From an uncultured bacterium (GTDB taxonomy: Bacteria; Latescibacterota; MWCZ01): a DNA stretch of 64,000 bases. Numbering within the stretch: position 1 is the first letter of the stretch; each line of letters starts with the position of its first letter. The notes under the pieces were generated by a model. The model was not told the DNA's origin and ran no database searches. It saw only the letters and a list, made by a program, of their open reading frames with translations. The position numbers were made by a program, and so were the translations under genes. The stretch spans positions 6,923-70,922 of the forward strand of contig CAZEAI010000008.1 in the NCBI GenBank assembly GCA_964510105.1, written 5' to 3'. Positions 19,733 through 29,145 of this stretch are shown piece after piece.

Positions 19733-20974
19733 ATGAAACTGAGGCAGCCGCTCACAGGGAGCGCGGAGGCGCTCTTCGACTACGCCACCGATACGCCGGT
19801 CATCGACACGCATGAGCACATTCCCCGGACCGAGACAGACTACAACAATGCGACCATCGAGTTCGGACACCTGTTCAACCCTTACGTATCGAACGATCTG
19901 GCGTCGGCGGGCATGCCGTTCCCGAGGGATGTCTGGGCGGCGTTCCACAAGATAGAAGACGACTGGGATGCGTTCGAACCGTACTGGAATGCCGTCAAAC
20001 ACGGCAGCTACGCGCGTCCGCTCCGGATCGCGCTGCAACAGTTCTACGGCGTCGACGACCTCACCCGCGAGAACTACCGGGAGATCCTCGCCCGGATCAA
20101 CGAGAACAACACGCCGGGCATCTACGACCGTGTCTTCCGACAGGCATGCGGCATCGAGAGAGCGATTCGCTGCGGCGGAGACCTGCCCGAGATCGACGAT
20201 CCTCTCCTTGTTGGCAACATCACGTCACCGTCACTGCAGATCGGATCGAAGGATTCGCTGGAAACCATGGCGGAGCAGGTCGGCGCCGAGGGCATCTCCG
20301 GCCTCGACGAACTGATCGAAGTGTCGGACCGCTGGATGGAGATGCAGGCGGCCAACGGCGCGATGGAGTTCAAGAGCTTCGCCATGCCGGTGGAGGAGCC
20401 GGTGCGAGCCGACGCTGAGGAGACGCTATCGCGCCTCCTGGCGGGCGAGGCTCTGCCCGGTACGGAGACGACCGCGCTCGGCGCGTACCTCCGAGAGGCG
20501 AATGCGCGGAAGGCGGCCGAATTGGACCTGCCCCTCGCCCTCCACACCGGCGTCTGGAACGACTTCCGCACGCTCGCCGTGGCGGACGTGATCGGGTTCG
20601 TTCAGCGCAACCCCGATACCCGCATGGACATCTACCACCTCGGCATCCCCGACGTGCGGACGGCGTTGCAGGTCGTCAAGAATTTCCCGAACGCGTACCT
20701 GAACCTGTGCTGGTCGCACGTCGTCGCCAGCGACATGACAACGAACACGCTGAAGGAAGCAATCGACCTCGTTCCGATGAACAAGATCTTCGCGTTCGGC
20801 GCGGACTACGTCCTGTTCGTCGAGAAGGTGTACGGGCACCTGCACATGGCGCGGGAGAACGTCGCGCTGACGCTGGGCGATCGCGTCGACCGCGGCCTGA
20901 TGGACCTCTCCGAGGCGAAGCAGATTCTGCGCGCGTGGTTCTACGACAACCCGAAGGCGTTCTACCGATTGTGA
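19733..20974 (+). CDS. amidohydrolase-family (TIM-barrel metal-dependent hydrolase) protein
   Basis: N-terminal VIDTHEHIP metal-binding HxH motif. About 410 aa. Conserved downstream His/Asp positions. Confidence 0.55.
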   Translation: MKLRQPLTGSAEALFDYATDTPVIDTHEHIPRTETDYNNATIEFGHLFNPYVSNDLASAGMPFPRDVWAAFHKIEDDWDAFEPYWNAVKHGSYARPLRIALQQFYGVDDLTRENYREILARINENNTPGIYDRVFRQACGIERAIRCGGDLPEIDDPLLVGNITSPSLQIGSKDSLETMAEQVGAEGISGLDELIEVSDRWMEMQAANGAMEFKSFAMPVEEPVRADAEETLSRLLAGEALPGTETTALGAYLREANARKAAELDLPLALHTGVWNDFRTLAVADVIGFVQRNPDTRMDIYHLGIPDVRTALQVVKNFPNAYLNLCWSHVVASDMTTNTLKEAIDLVPMNKIFAFGADYVLFVEKVYGHLHMARENVALTLGDRVDRGLMDLSEAKQILRAWFYDNPKAFYRL

Positions 20975-20984
20975 GTCCCGCGGG

Positions 20985-21668
20985 CTATTCCGCGAGAAGC
21001 TCCCGCCCCTTCCGCGAGAGATCCCGGGCAATCGCCCTGACGGCTCGCTCGCCGAGTTCGCGCGACGCGTGGATTCGCGGGTCGTCGCCGCCGACGCCCT
21101 CCAAGGGCACGGCTGTATCCTTCGGCAGTCGGTAGATGTCCACGAGTTCGGGCCGTAGATGCCACAGGATGGACGTCTCCCACTTGGCCGCGTGATCGCT
21201 GGCGAAATCCAGATCGTCCGCCCATTCCATGTCGTCCGTTCCGTAGACGGCCATCGCTCCGGAATGCGCCTCGGCGACCTCCAGCATGAGATCGCGCTGC
21301 TGCTGACAGGTGTGTCCCGTGGCGAGGATCGCCGCGCGGAAGCCAACGGCCTCCAGCCCGTCTAGCGTCGTCGAGAGCACGGTCGCGAGGAACTCGGGAG
21401 TAACGGGAAGATTCGCGGCGTGCTTGTAGGCCGCTCCGTACGGGACCATGTACGGGATGCCGTAGAACACCGGCGGGAACGCGATGCCGCCGTCTATGCG
21501 CGCGGCCTCGCAGCAAAGCGCGTGCATCTTGATGGCATCATTACCCAGCGCGAGGTGTTCGCCGTGCCACTCCAGCGAGCCGACCGGAACGAACGCCAGC
21601 GGACACTGCTCCATCCGGGCTTCGAACTGATGAGGCAGCAGATTCTCGTATTGTACGACGTCTTCCAT
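20985..21668 (-). CDS. creatininase-family amidohydrolase
   Basis: VPVGSLEWHGEHLALGND motif, which is the creatininase-family metal-binding signature. The start is trimmed to MEDVVQY. Confidence 0.7.
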   Translation of the reverse strand: MEDVVQYENLLPHQFEARMEQCPLAFVPVGSLEWHGEHLALGNDAIKMHALCCEAARIDGGIAFPPVFYGIPYMVPYGAAYKHAANLPVTPEFLATVLSTTLDGLEAVGFRAAILATGHTCQQQRDLMLEVAEAHSGAMAVYGTDDMEWADDLDFASDHAAKWETSILWHLRPELVDIYRLPKDTAVPLEGVGGDDPRIHASRELGERAVRAIARDLSRKGRELLAE

Positions 21669-21750
21669 CCCTGAACTCCCGGCGGCTGCTTGCCACGTTC
21701 GCCCGGCGTTTGCCGGACCAGCGCACAAGCGGCCCTGAAACGGCCCCGGT

Positions 21751-23559
21751 CTACGGGTCCACCCAACGCAGATCCGGAACGGGGTCTCCGTCCTCGGCGG
21801 TGATCCGCAGGTAGAAACCCCACTCGCTGCCCCCCGCGTCGCCGATCTTCACGGCGATCTCCGACGTACCGGCAGGTAGATCGACCGGGAAGCTGTCGTC
21901 GTCGATCGCCGCCGGACGGGGCTCCAGCAACGTGGCGATGCGCTCGCCGTCGACAAACACGGCGCCGTAGTCGTTGCTGCCGAAGCGTATCCAGACCCGC
22001 TCCGGCCGGGCAAGCTCCACGTGCGTGACGCTCCAGGCGACGGGAGTGCCCTCCTTGCCGAAGATCGCCTTGAGGTCGACGTAGTTTGACGAGTCCAGCG
22101 CAACTGCCTGTGGCGGCTCGGCGGTCTCGGGCAGAGCGTCGCCCCTCGGGTACGATGCGTCGAAGTCGCCCACCTGCCCCACAAAGGGGCCGGTATGCAG
22201 CCATCCGCGCGGGAATCCATCGTACTGCGGCGGCTCGCGATGTTCGCGCACGTTCCGTGCCGCTTCCGCGAAGAGATCGTCGTGGAGGGCCTCTCTGTCG
22301 CGAATGACGGCCAGGTACTCGGCTACGTTCGGGACGATCGGCAGCGTGTCGTTGGGCGAACCCACGTAGGTCACCATGTCTTCCGGGGTCATGCGCAGGA
22401 ACACCTGTCCGTGGCAGTACAGCCATGCGTATGCGCCGGAGATCATCCGGGCGGAGGCATACTGGTGCCGGAACGCCGTGGCGGGGTAGTTCTCGCTCTT
22501 GTCGGCCATCGATCCGACGAGACTGTCGCCGAACACTTCGGCTCTGCCGCCGTGACCGAGAAAGGCTCCAGACGAATCGAGTATCTCGCGGTAGTAACCC
22601 AGCGGCCACGTTCCGATGGCGCTCGTGCCTCGACGCTTCCAGTAGTCGATCGAACGGTCGCCACCGTTCTCGCGCAGCATGCCTACGAAAGCGCGCTCGT
22701 TGCTCTGAGCCAGCGTCAGCAAAGCGCGTGGTCGGGTCTGCGCGTACGTCATCTCGGTGCTCACGTGGAATCCGCCCGGCGCGTCCCGCTCGGCGAACGC
22801 CTGCATCATCCCCGTGAATATGTCCTCTCCGAGCGGCGTGTTGGTGGGAGCCCACTCGGGCAGGAACCAGAGGACCAGATCCGGGAAACCGTCGAGCATC
22901 GCTTCGGCGATCTCACGGCCGCGCATTCTGACCTGCGGCCGCAGGCGGTCGAAGGGGTAGCCCGGCTCCCGGTAGGTCGGGTAATCCAGCTCGTAGAGTT
23001 CGGAGATGTACTCGATATCGAACGAGAGGCCTGCGAATCCAGCGCCTTGAGCGAACACGGCCAGTTCGCGCAGGTTCTCGCGGATGCTATCCCACTCCGC
23101 GTCGTTGAACCAGTTCGGTCCGTGCATGGTCGCCGCGAGCGTGAGGCTGTTGTGTTCCATACCGACGACGCGGCAGCTGTCGTTCATCCGCCTGCACATC
23201 TGGAACAGAGGGTTCGCATCGCCGACAACACGGCCGGCCGGTTCATCCGGCGCGTACCTGTTCGGCACGGACCAGATGTCCTGGAACCAGTCGTTCACTA
23301 CCGTCGCCACCATGATCCCGTCGACGCCACTCTCAGCGAAAAACCCGGCATGGTCGGCGAGATAGTTGGGTGGGATCCTCAAGTACAGGATGTTCTTGAC
23401 TCGATCGCCGTCTGGGTCCACTCGGTACCGAGGTGCGGGATGGAGGACTGTTTCGCCGTAATCCGGCATGAGCGCAGGCCCGGGAGCCGAACAGCCGGCG
23501 AGGCCCAGGACTACCGTGGATGCCAAGACAGAGCCGTAGACCCGTTGAAGCGTAGCCAT
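21751..23559 (-). CDS. lipoprotein, hypothetical glycan-active protein with a C-terminal beta-sandwich module
   Basis: Lipobox LAGC in MATLQRVYGSVLASTVVLGLAGCSAP. The C-terminal module (FGSNDYGAVFVDGERIATL...FPVDLPAG) is shared with ORF 14159-16221. Confidence 0.45.
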   Translation of the reverse strand: MATLQRVYGSVLASTVVLGLAGCSAPGPALMPDYGETVLHPAPRYRVDPDGDRVKNILYLRIPPNYLADHAGFFAESGVDGIMVATVVNDWFQDIWSVPNRYAPDEPAGRVVGDANPLFQMCRRMNDSCRVVGMEHNSLTLAATMHGPNWFNDAEWDSIRENLRELAVFAQGAGFAGLSFDIEYISELYELDYPTYREPGYPFDRLRPQVRMRGREIAEAMLDGFPDLVLWFLPEWAPTNTPLGEDIFTGMMQAFAERDAPGGFHVSTEMTYAQTRPRALLTLAQSNERAFVGMLRENGGDRSIDYWKRRGTSAIGTWPLGYYREILDSSGAFLGHGGRAEVFGDSLVGSMADKSENYPATAFRHQYASARMISGAYAWLYCHGQVFLRMTPEDMVTYVGSPNDTLPIVPNVAEYLAVIRDREALHDDLFAEAARNVREHREPPQYDGFPRGWLHTGPFVGQVGDFDASYPRGDALPETAEPPQAVALDSSNYVDLKAIFGKEGTPVAWSVTHVELARPERVWIRFGSNDYGAVFVDGERIATLLEPRPAAIDDDSFPVDLPAGTSEIAVKIGDAGGSEWGFYLRITAEDGDPVPDLRWVDP

Positions 23560-23704
23560 GGGATACCCCGCGGAAGTGAGTGATGCGATCGATTCCGACG
23601 AATCTACTGGGCGTTCCTGCCTGGTGGCAATCCGGCGTGCTCTGGACGCTCGATCGGAGAGAGTCCGGCCGTTCGGAGCACGCCACGGATCGTCGCGGCC
23701 GCGC

Positions 23705-25720
23705 CTATTCCGACTCCCACGCTCCCAAGTCCGGAGCGGAGCCGCGATACTCCGCCGGAGCGACGACCCGGACGGTGCTATCCCGCCACGCAACGTGGGT
23801 CACACCTGCGTCGATTGCCGGGCTGCCCTCTTCGAATCGCATTTCGGCGTCGAGGAGCGGATCGGCGTGCAGCGTCGTGGCGACGTCTATGTTGGAGTCC
23901 TGATGGTCGGCTCCGTTGCTCCAGAACAGATTCCTCAGCACCTGCGAGTTTCCGACGGCATTCGAGACCGCAAGGACGCGTGCCCCCGCGAAGATGTTGT
24001 TGGCCGCCAGGAGGTTGCCGCCGCCGGTGAGGTGTTGACTGTTCCCGGCGAACGTGTTGCCGAACACGTGTATCGGCTCCGGGATGGGCGCGCCCGAGTA
24101 GTCCTCCCGCGTGTTCGCACTCGCCATGCAGCCGATGCCGGCCATGGCGTTCTCCGCGATGACGTTGCCCTCGAAGAGGAACGTTCGGTCCGACACGGTG
24201 TCGTAGTCGATCAGTTGGATGCCGTCCTCGCCGTTGCGCTCGATACGGTTGTTGCGAATGTGAATCGGAAGCACCCCGCCGGTGTACGGGTGGAGCCGTA
24301 TCTCCACACCGTCGTCGCCGTTGTCGGAAATCACGCAGTGCTCGATGGTCGCCGCCGTGGGGCCGTCCAGATCGATGCCGTCATCGCGATTGCCGGTGAA
24401 CCGGCAGTACTTTACGAGCCCACCGCCGCCTTCGTAGTCTATGCCGTCGGAGGTCTCGGTAACGTGGCAGTGGGTGAGCGTGAACGGCACGTCGGCGGTG
24501 ATTCCGTCATCGGCGTTGCGAATCGTGAAGCCGCTGATCGTCGTTCCACTCCCGGCGGCGGAGACTCGGACGGCGTAGTCGCCCCCGCCCCCGTCGATAA
24601 CGGTCTCGTCGATCATCTCGGGGCCGCTCGTGAGGAAGTGCATCGATACCAGTGTCAGCGCTTTGTCGGCCAGAACGAGCGATTCGGCGTAGACGCCCGG
24701 CGACACGACTATCGTGTCCCCGTCGGTCGCCGCACCTATCGCCGCCTGGATGGTCGGATGGTCGGCGGGCACGCGGACGGGATTCGCTACGACCGGCTCC
24801 CGCACGAGCCGTATCTCGCTGATCGCGCCATCCAGCGTGTTCTGCTTGGGGAACTTTCCATTGTCGATGCCGCGATGCGAGACGTAGATCGAGTGGATGT
24901 CCGGATGGTCGTTCGGGTCCGACGATGGCGCGAACGTGAGCCCGCCGGGCAGCGTGGCCGCTACGTCGGGCCTACCGAGGAACGCGAAGTCGAAGAGCTG
25001 GACAAACGCGCCGTCGGTCGTGAACTCCGCGATCCCTCCCCTCGAAACCAGGAACACGTTACCGGTCACCGGGTCGACACCGATGCCCTCGGGATCGCTG
25101 ATGTGTGCCTCGACGCTGAACTCGCCGAGGAACACGAACTGCCCGGTCTCCACGTCGAATCGGTACTTCAGCACCCGCTCCTGTTGCGTTCCCGACGCGA
25201 CGTAGAGCACTCCGGTCGTCTGGTCGCAGGCGATACCCTCGGGGTCCGTGTACCGTCCGTCAAGGGTCGTTGGTGTAGCGGCGATCGGCGGCCCGAACTT
25301 GCCGTCCTCATCGAAGCGGAACCGCAGGATTCGCTTCCGATCGTCGTCCGTCACGTAGAGATGATCGTCCAGCGGGTTGTAGGCGATGCCCACGGGTTCG
25401 GTTCTCGTGCCACTATCCGGCGGCGCGAAATATGCGGCGTAGCGAGTTTTCAGATCGAGCGACGCTTCGAATACGTTGTGGCCCGCGAAGACGAGTTCTC
25501 CGTTCGCGTCCGTGGACTCGCCGTACTCGCTGATCTCTGAGTCCACGATGATCAGGTGTCCGCTCGCCGGATGGTACATCAGGCCTGCCGTATCCGAACT
25601 GCGCACGGGGCTGCCGTCCCAGAGATTCACGTGCGCGATCAGCTCCAGGCGATCCGCCGTCGCGTATCCGCCGACGAGAAGTAGTGCGGCGACTGCGGCG
25701 ATTCGAATGTGACCCCTCAT
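23705..25720 (-). CDS. secreted protein with an N-terminal beta-propeller region and a C-terminal right-handed parallel beta-helix (pectin-lyase fold)
   Basis: Signal peptide MRGHIRIAAVAALLLVGGYATA. The C-terminal half is rich in N/G/D turns with a repeated I-x-N-N periodicity typical of parallel beta-helix repeats. Confidence 0.45.
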   Translation of the reverse strand: MRGHIRIAAVAALLLVGGYATADRLELIAHVNLWDGSPVRSSDTAGLMYHPASGHLIIVDSEISEYGESTDANGELVFAGHNVFEASLDLKTRYAAYFAPPDSGTRTEPVGIAYNPLDDHLYVTDDDRKRILRFRFDEDGKFGPPIAATPTTLDGRYTDPEGIACDQTTGVLYVASGTQQERVLKYRFDVETGQFVFLGEFSVEAHISDPEGIGVDPVTGNVFLVSRGGIAEFTTDGAFVQLFDFAFLGRPDVAATLPGGLTFAPSSDPNDHPDIHSIYVSHRGIDNGKFPKQNTLDGAISEIRLVREPVVANPVRVPADHPTIQAAIGAATDGDTIVVSPGVYAESLVLADKALTLVSMHFLTSGPEMIDETVIDGGGGDYAVRVSAAGSGTTISGFTIRNADDGITADVPFTLTHCHVTETSDGIDYEGGGGLVKYCRFTGNRDDGIDLDGPTAATIEHCVISDNGDDGVEIRLHPYTGGVLPIHIRNNRIERNGEDGIQLIDYDTVSDRTFLFEGNVIAENAMAGIGCMASANTREDYSGAPIPEPIHVFGNTFAGNSQHLTGGGNLLAANNIFAGARVLAVSNAVGNSQVLRNLFWSNGADHQDSNIDVATTLHADPLLDAEMRFEEGSPAIDAGVTHVAWRDSTVRVVAPAEYRGSAPDLGAWESE

Positions 25721-25772
25721 GCTGGTTCCCTCCTCCATGCCTGATCAGAGCCCTTGCGAACAACGCTCCGCC

Positions 25773-26705
25773 TCACGCCAACCGTGCCATCGCCTCGTCA
25801 TCCAGGACGATGTCGAGCGCTTCGACGATCTCCCGCAACTGCTCAACGGAACTCACGCCGACAAGCGGAATCACCGTGGCCTCGTGATGCCGCATCCACG
25901 CGACGGCGAGCTGCGGTGCAGACACTCCCAGCTCTCGCGCGACACGGTTGAGCTGCTCCAGCCGCGCATCGCTGTCAGGCCCTGCGTACTGTGAACGAAC
26001 TGGTATGTCCGGGCGCGAGGCGAGGGCTCCCTTCAGCATCGGCGCGTAGCCAACCAGCGGTACGTCGTGGGACCGGCAGTAGTCGAGCAGATCCTCGTTC
26101 GTCGCCTTCTGGATGCCGAAGTCGGCCCCGGGTGCGGGGCGCAGATACGAGTAACGCTGCTGGATGCAGCAGTAGGGACTCCAGCCGTTCGCCGCGCCTA
26201 TGCAGCGCGCTTCCACGAATCGCGTCGGCAGATAGTTGCTCCCGCCGATGAATCGCACCTTGCCCGCGCGTACGAGTCGCTCGAACGCGGCCAGTGTCTC
26301 CTCGAGCGGCGTGTCGCGGTCATCGGCATGGGCGTAGTAGAGGTCGATGGCGTCGATGCCGAGGCGACGCAGGCTTCGTTCGCATTCCTGCTCGATCTGC
26401 GCGGCGCGCAGGCCGGCGGGCTGATCGGGATACTCCATGCCGACTTTCGTCGCGATGAGGATTTCTCCTCGATTGCTCCGCTCGCGCATCCACGCGCCGA
26501 GGAACCGTTCGCTATCGCCGCCGCTGCAGCCGGGCGCGTCACGGTTGTAGATGTTCGCCGTATCGATGAAGGCGCCGCCGCACTCGACGTATGCATCGAG
26601 AATCCGTGTCGAGGCGTCCGCAGGAGTGTTGCTGCCGACATGCATCGCACCGAGGCATAGCTCGCTCACAGGTGCTCCGGTCGAGCCGAACGGAACGGTC
26701 TTCAT
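25773..26705 (-). CDS. aldo/keto reductase
   Basis: MKTVPFGSTGAPVSELCLGAMHVG...GGAFIDTANIYN...IDLYYAHADDRDTP...GKVRFIGGSN. These are classical AKR motifs. The start is trimmed from the ORF-finder start at 26915. Confidence 0.75.
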   Translation of the reverse strand: MKTVPFGSTGAPVSELCLGAMHVGSNTPADASTRILDAYVECGGAFIDTANIYNRDAPGCSGGDSERFLGAWMRERSNRGEILIATKVGMEYPDQPAGLRAAQIEQECERSLRRLGIDAIDLYYAHADDRDTPLEETLAAFERLVRAGKVRFIGGSNYLPTRFVEARCIGAANGWSPYCCIQQRYSYLRPAPGADFGIQKATNEDLLDYCRSHDVPLVGYAPMLKGALASRPDIPVRSQYAGPDSDARLEQLNRVARELGVSAPQLAVAWMRHHEATVIPLVGVSSVEQLREIVEALDIVLDDEAMARLA

Positions 26706-26908
26706 CGCTATTCCTTCCGTATGCATCAGGCAGGTTCCGGTGGGCCAACGTCCGAGTTCATCGCCCGCGACACATTGATGGTACCGACAACTCCCGCGCC
26801 GGCCTACGCCATCGCGACGCACGGTTGCGCCGAACCGACGAAGGTCCGATCCTGTGCGAACGACGTTGAACGATCGCATGACGGAACACCCCTCGAAGGA
26901 CACACCCC

Positions 26909-27985
26909 ATGACACACCGCGAACGCATCTTCGCCGCCGCGAACCGCGCGCCGGTCGACCGCGTACCCACGCTGGGTGGCTGGATCACCAGCGCGGCGCA
27001 CTATCAGGAGATCGTCGGCATCGGCGAGGACGAGTTCTGGGCCGACCCCGAATCGGCGGCAGTCGAAGCGTTCCGCCTGCTTGACGCGGACGGGCTCGTG
27101 GACGTGTTTATCCCACCGTCGCAGGAGCGGTATCGCGGCATGGACATCCACGATGTCGAGGCGCGCCACACGAGTTTCCCGAACCCGGAGGCCGTCCGCG
27201 ACCACATTCGGGAGCACTACGGCGACCTCGGCGCGTTTGAGCGAAGCTTCGACGGCGACGCGTTCCGACAGGAGTACGTCGAGGAACGGCGCGACAAGCA
27301 GCGCAAAGCCGGCGATATGGTCTGGATGCCGCCAATCTGGGGGGCGTCGGGCGGCTTCATGTGGTACACCCTATTCGGATACGAGAGCTACCTCGGCGCG
27401 ATCGCGGAGTACCCGGACGATATCCGACGCCTATACGAGTCTTCAGCGGCGGGATGCTATCTGGAGAACGTGGAGATCGCCCGCGCGGTCCGGGAGAACG
27501 ACTTCGCGCCGGTGTTCCTCATCGGTCAGGATATCTGCAGTACCGCGGGGCCGATCGTCAGTCCGGCGTTCGTCGAGAAGAACTACTTTCCATTCGCGAA
27601 GGAAGCGCTGCGGCCGCTGCACGAAGCGGGCATCAGGACGATCTGGCACTGCGACGGCAACGTTCTGCCCATCCTCGACCTCATCCTCGATCTGGGCGTC
27701 TCCGGATTACAGGGCTTCCAGGAAGAGCAGGGCGTCCGCATCGCCGATCTCGCCAAACGCACGACATCGACAGGCGAACCGCTCATGTTCTACGGGAGCG
27801 TGTCGGTGAGCGGCGCTCTCCCCCACGGATCGGTCGAAGACGTGAAAGGGCAGGTTCGCACAAGCATCGACGCGACCGATGGGCGCGGGCTGTTCATCTT
27901 CCCGGCGAACACGATCGGTCCCGAGGTTCCGCTGGAGAACATCCGCGCGATGTACGACGCGCCACGGGAGATCGCCGGTGGGTGA
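26909..27985 (+). CDS. URO-D-superfamily protein (uroporphyrinogen decarboxylase / MtaA-like)
   Basis: MTHRERIFAAANRAPVDRVPTLGGW N-terminus and a roughly 360-aa length, paralogous to ORF 3476-4606. Confidence 0.6.
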   Translation: MTHRERIFAAANRAPVDRVPTLGGWITSAAHYQEIVGIGEDEFWADPESAAVEAFRLLDADGLVDVFIPPSQERYRGMDIHDVEARHTSFPNPEAVRDHIREHYGDLGAFERSFDGDAFRQEYVEERRDKQRKAGDMVWMPPIWGASGGFMWYTLFGYESYLGAIAEYPDDIRRLYESSAAGCYLENVEIARAVRENDFAPVFLIGQDICSTAGPIVSPAFVEKNYFPFAKEALRPLHEAGIRTIWHCDGNVLPILDLILDLGVSGLQGFQEEQGVRIADLAKRTTSTGEPLMFYGSVSVSGALPHGSVEDVKGQVRTSIDATDGRGLFIFPANTIGPEVPLENIRAMYDAPREIAGG

Positions 27986-28010
27986 GAAGCGTACAGGAGG
28001 GATTCACACC

Positions 28011-29093
28011 ATGGCCGGCGAGCGTAGCATCGGTTTCGGGCAGATCGTGGAGGACTGGTCCACCGTCAAGAAGCGATGGGAGGCCTGGTGGGAGGGCAGC
28101 CTGTACGACGGCGCCATGGTCACGGTCACCGCGCCGCGGGACGGCGTCATCCCCGACGATCTGCCGGACGTAGACCCGGAGACGCAGTGGACGGACGTCG
28201 AATACATGATCCGGCGCGCGTTGCGGGCCGCTGATTCCACCTACTATGGCGGCGGAGCGGTGCCGTGCCTCTGGAACAACTGGTCGGCGGGACATGCCCT
28301 GTACCTCGGCTGCGAGCCTCACTTCTCGTCGGACACCGTCTGGGTCGATCCGGCGCCCGTCACGGAGAGTGGCTACCCCGAATTCGACGACTGGAGAAAC
28401 AGCGCATGGTACCGGTGGATGCTTGACAGCACCGAGGCCGCGGCGAAGGCAAGCCAGGGTCGGTATTTCGTCATGCCTGCCTGGGGGAATCACGCGGGGG
28501 ACAACCTCGGCCTCGTCAGGGGCACGCCGCAGCTCATGAGGGACATCGCGTTCGATCCGCAGTGGGCGAGGTCGGCGCTGAAGGAAGCGTCCGAGATCCA
28601 GATCGAGGTCTTCGAGGCGCTGTGGGATCGAGTGGCCCCGGAGAAGGTCGGCGTCGAAGGTTTCGTCAACTACGTGGGTGGCTGGTCATCAAAGAGGACG
28701 ATGGGATTCGACTGCGACATCTCCTGCATGGTCAGCGCGGAGACGTTCCGCGAAACATTCCTGCCGCCGCTCGTGGAGACGATGCACACCGTCGAGCACC
28801 GCTTGTACCATCTGGACGGACCGGGTGCCCTGCACCATCTGGACACGTTGCTGGACGTGCCCGAGTTGCACGCGATTCAGTGGGTCCCCGGATGGGGGCG
28901 GGAAGCCATGTCCGAGTGGATTCCGCTGCTGTCACGAATCCAGCTGTCCGGAAAGAACATCGTCGTGAGCGTCAGACAGCACGACGTGGACCTCCTGCTG
29001 GATGAGCTTCGCCCGGAAGGGCTGTGCATTCAGACCCACTGCCCCACCGAGGACGACGCGAGAGCGCTTCTTGACCGCGTAGCGGCGCGCTAG
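28011..29093 (+). CDS. putative URO-D-superfamily protein
   Basis: 360 aa with an AGGAGG RBS upstream of the ATG at 28011. The C-terminal blocks (HLDGPGALHHLDTLLDVPELHAIQWVPGWG) resemble the URO-D family. The similarity is weak. Confidence 0.35.
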   Translation: MAGERSIGFGQIVEDWSTVKKRWEAWWEGSLYDGAMVTVTAPRDGVIPDDLPDVDPETQWTDVEYMIRRALRAADSTYYGGGAVPCLWNNWSAGHALYLGCEPHFSSDTVWVDPAPVTESGYPEFDDWRNSAWYRWMLDSTEAAAKASQGRYFVMPAWGNHAGDNLGLVRGTPQLMRDIAFDPQWARSALKEASEIQIEVFEALWDRVAPEKVGVEGFVNYVGGWSSKRTMGFDCDISCMVSAETFRETFLPPLVETMHTVEHRLYHLDGPGALHHLDTLLDVPELHAIQWVPGWGREAMSEWIPLLSRIQLSGKNIVVSVRQHDVDLLLDELRPEGLCIQTHCPTEDDARALLDRVAAR

Positions 29094-29145
29094 CGCAGGA
29101 CCGATCCGGCCGCCCGCAAGAGCGCCCAACATTCGAGGAGAGATC

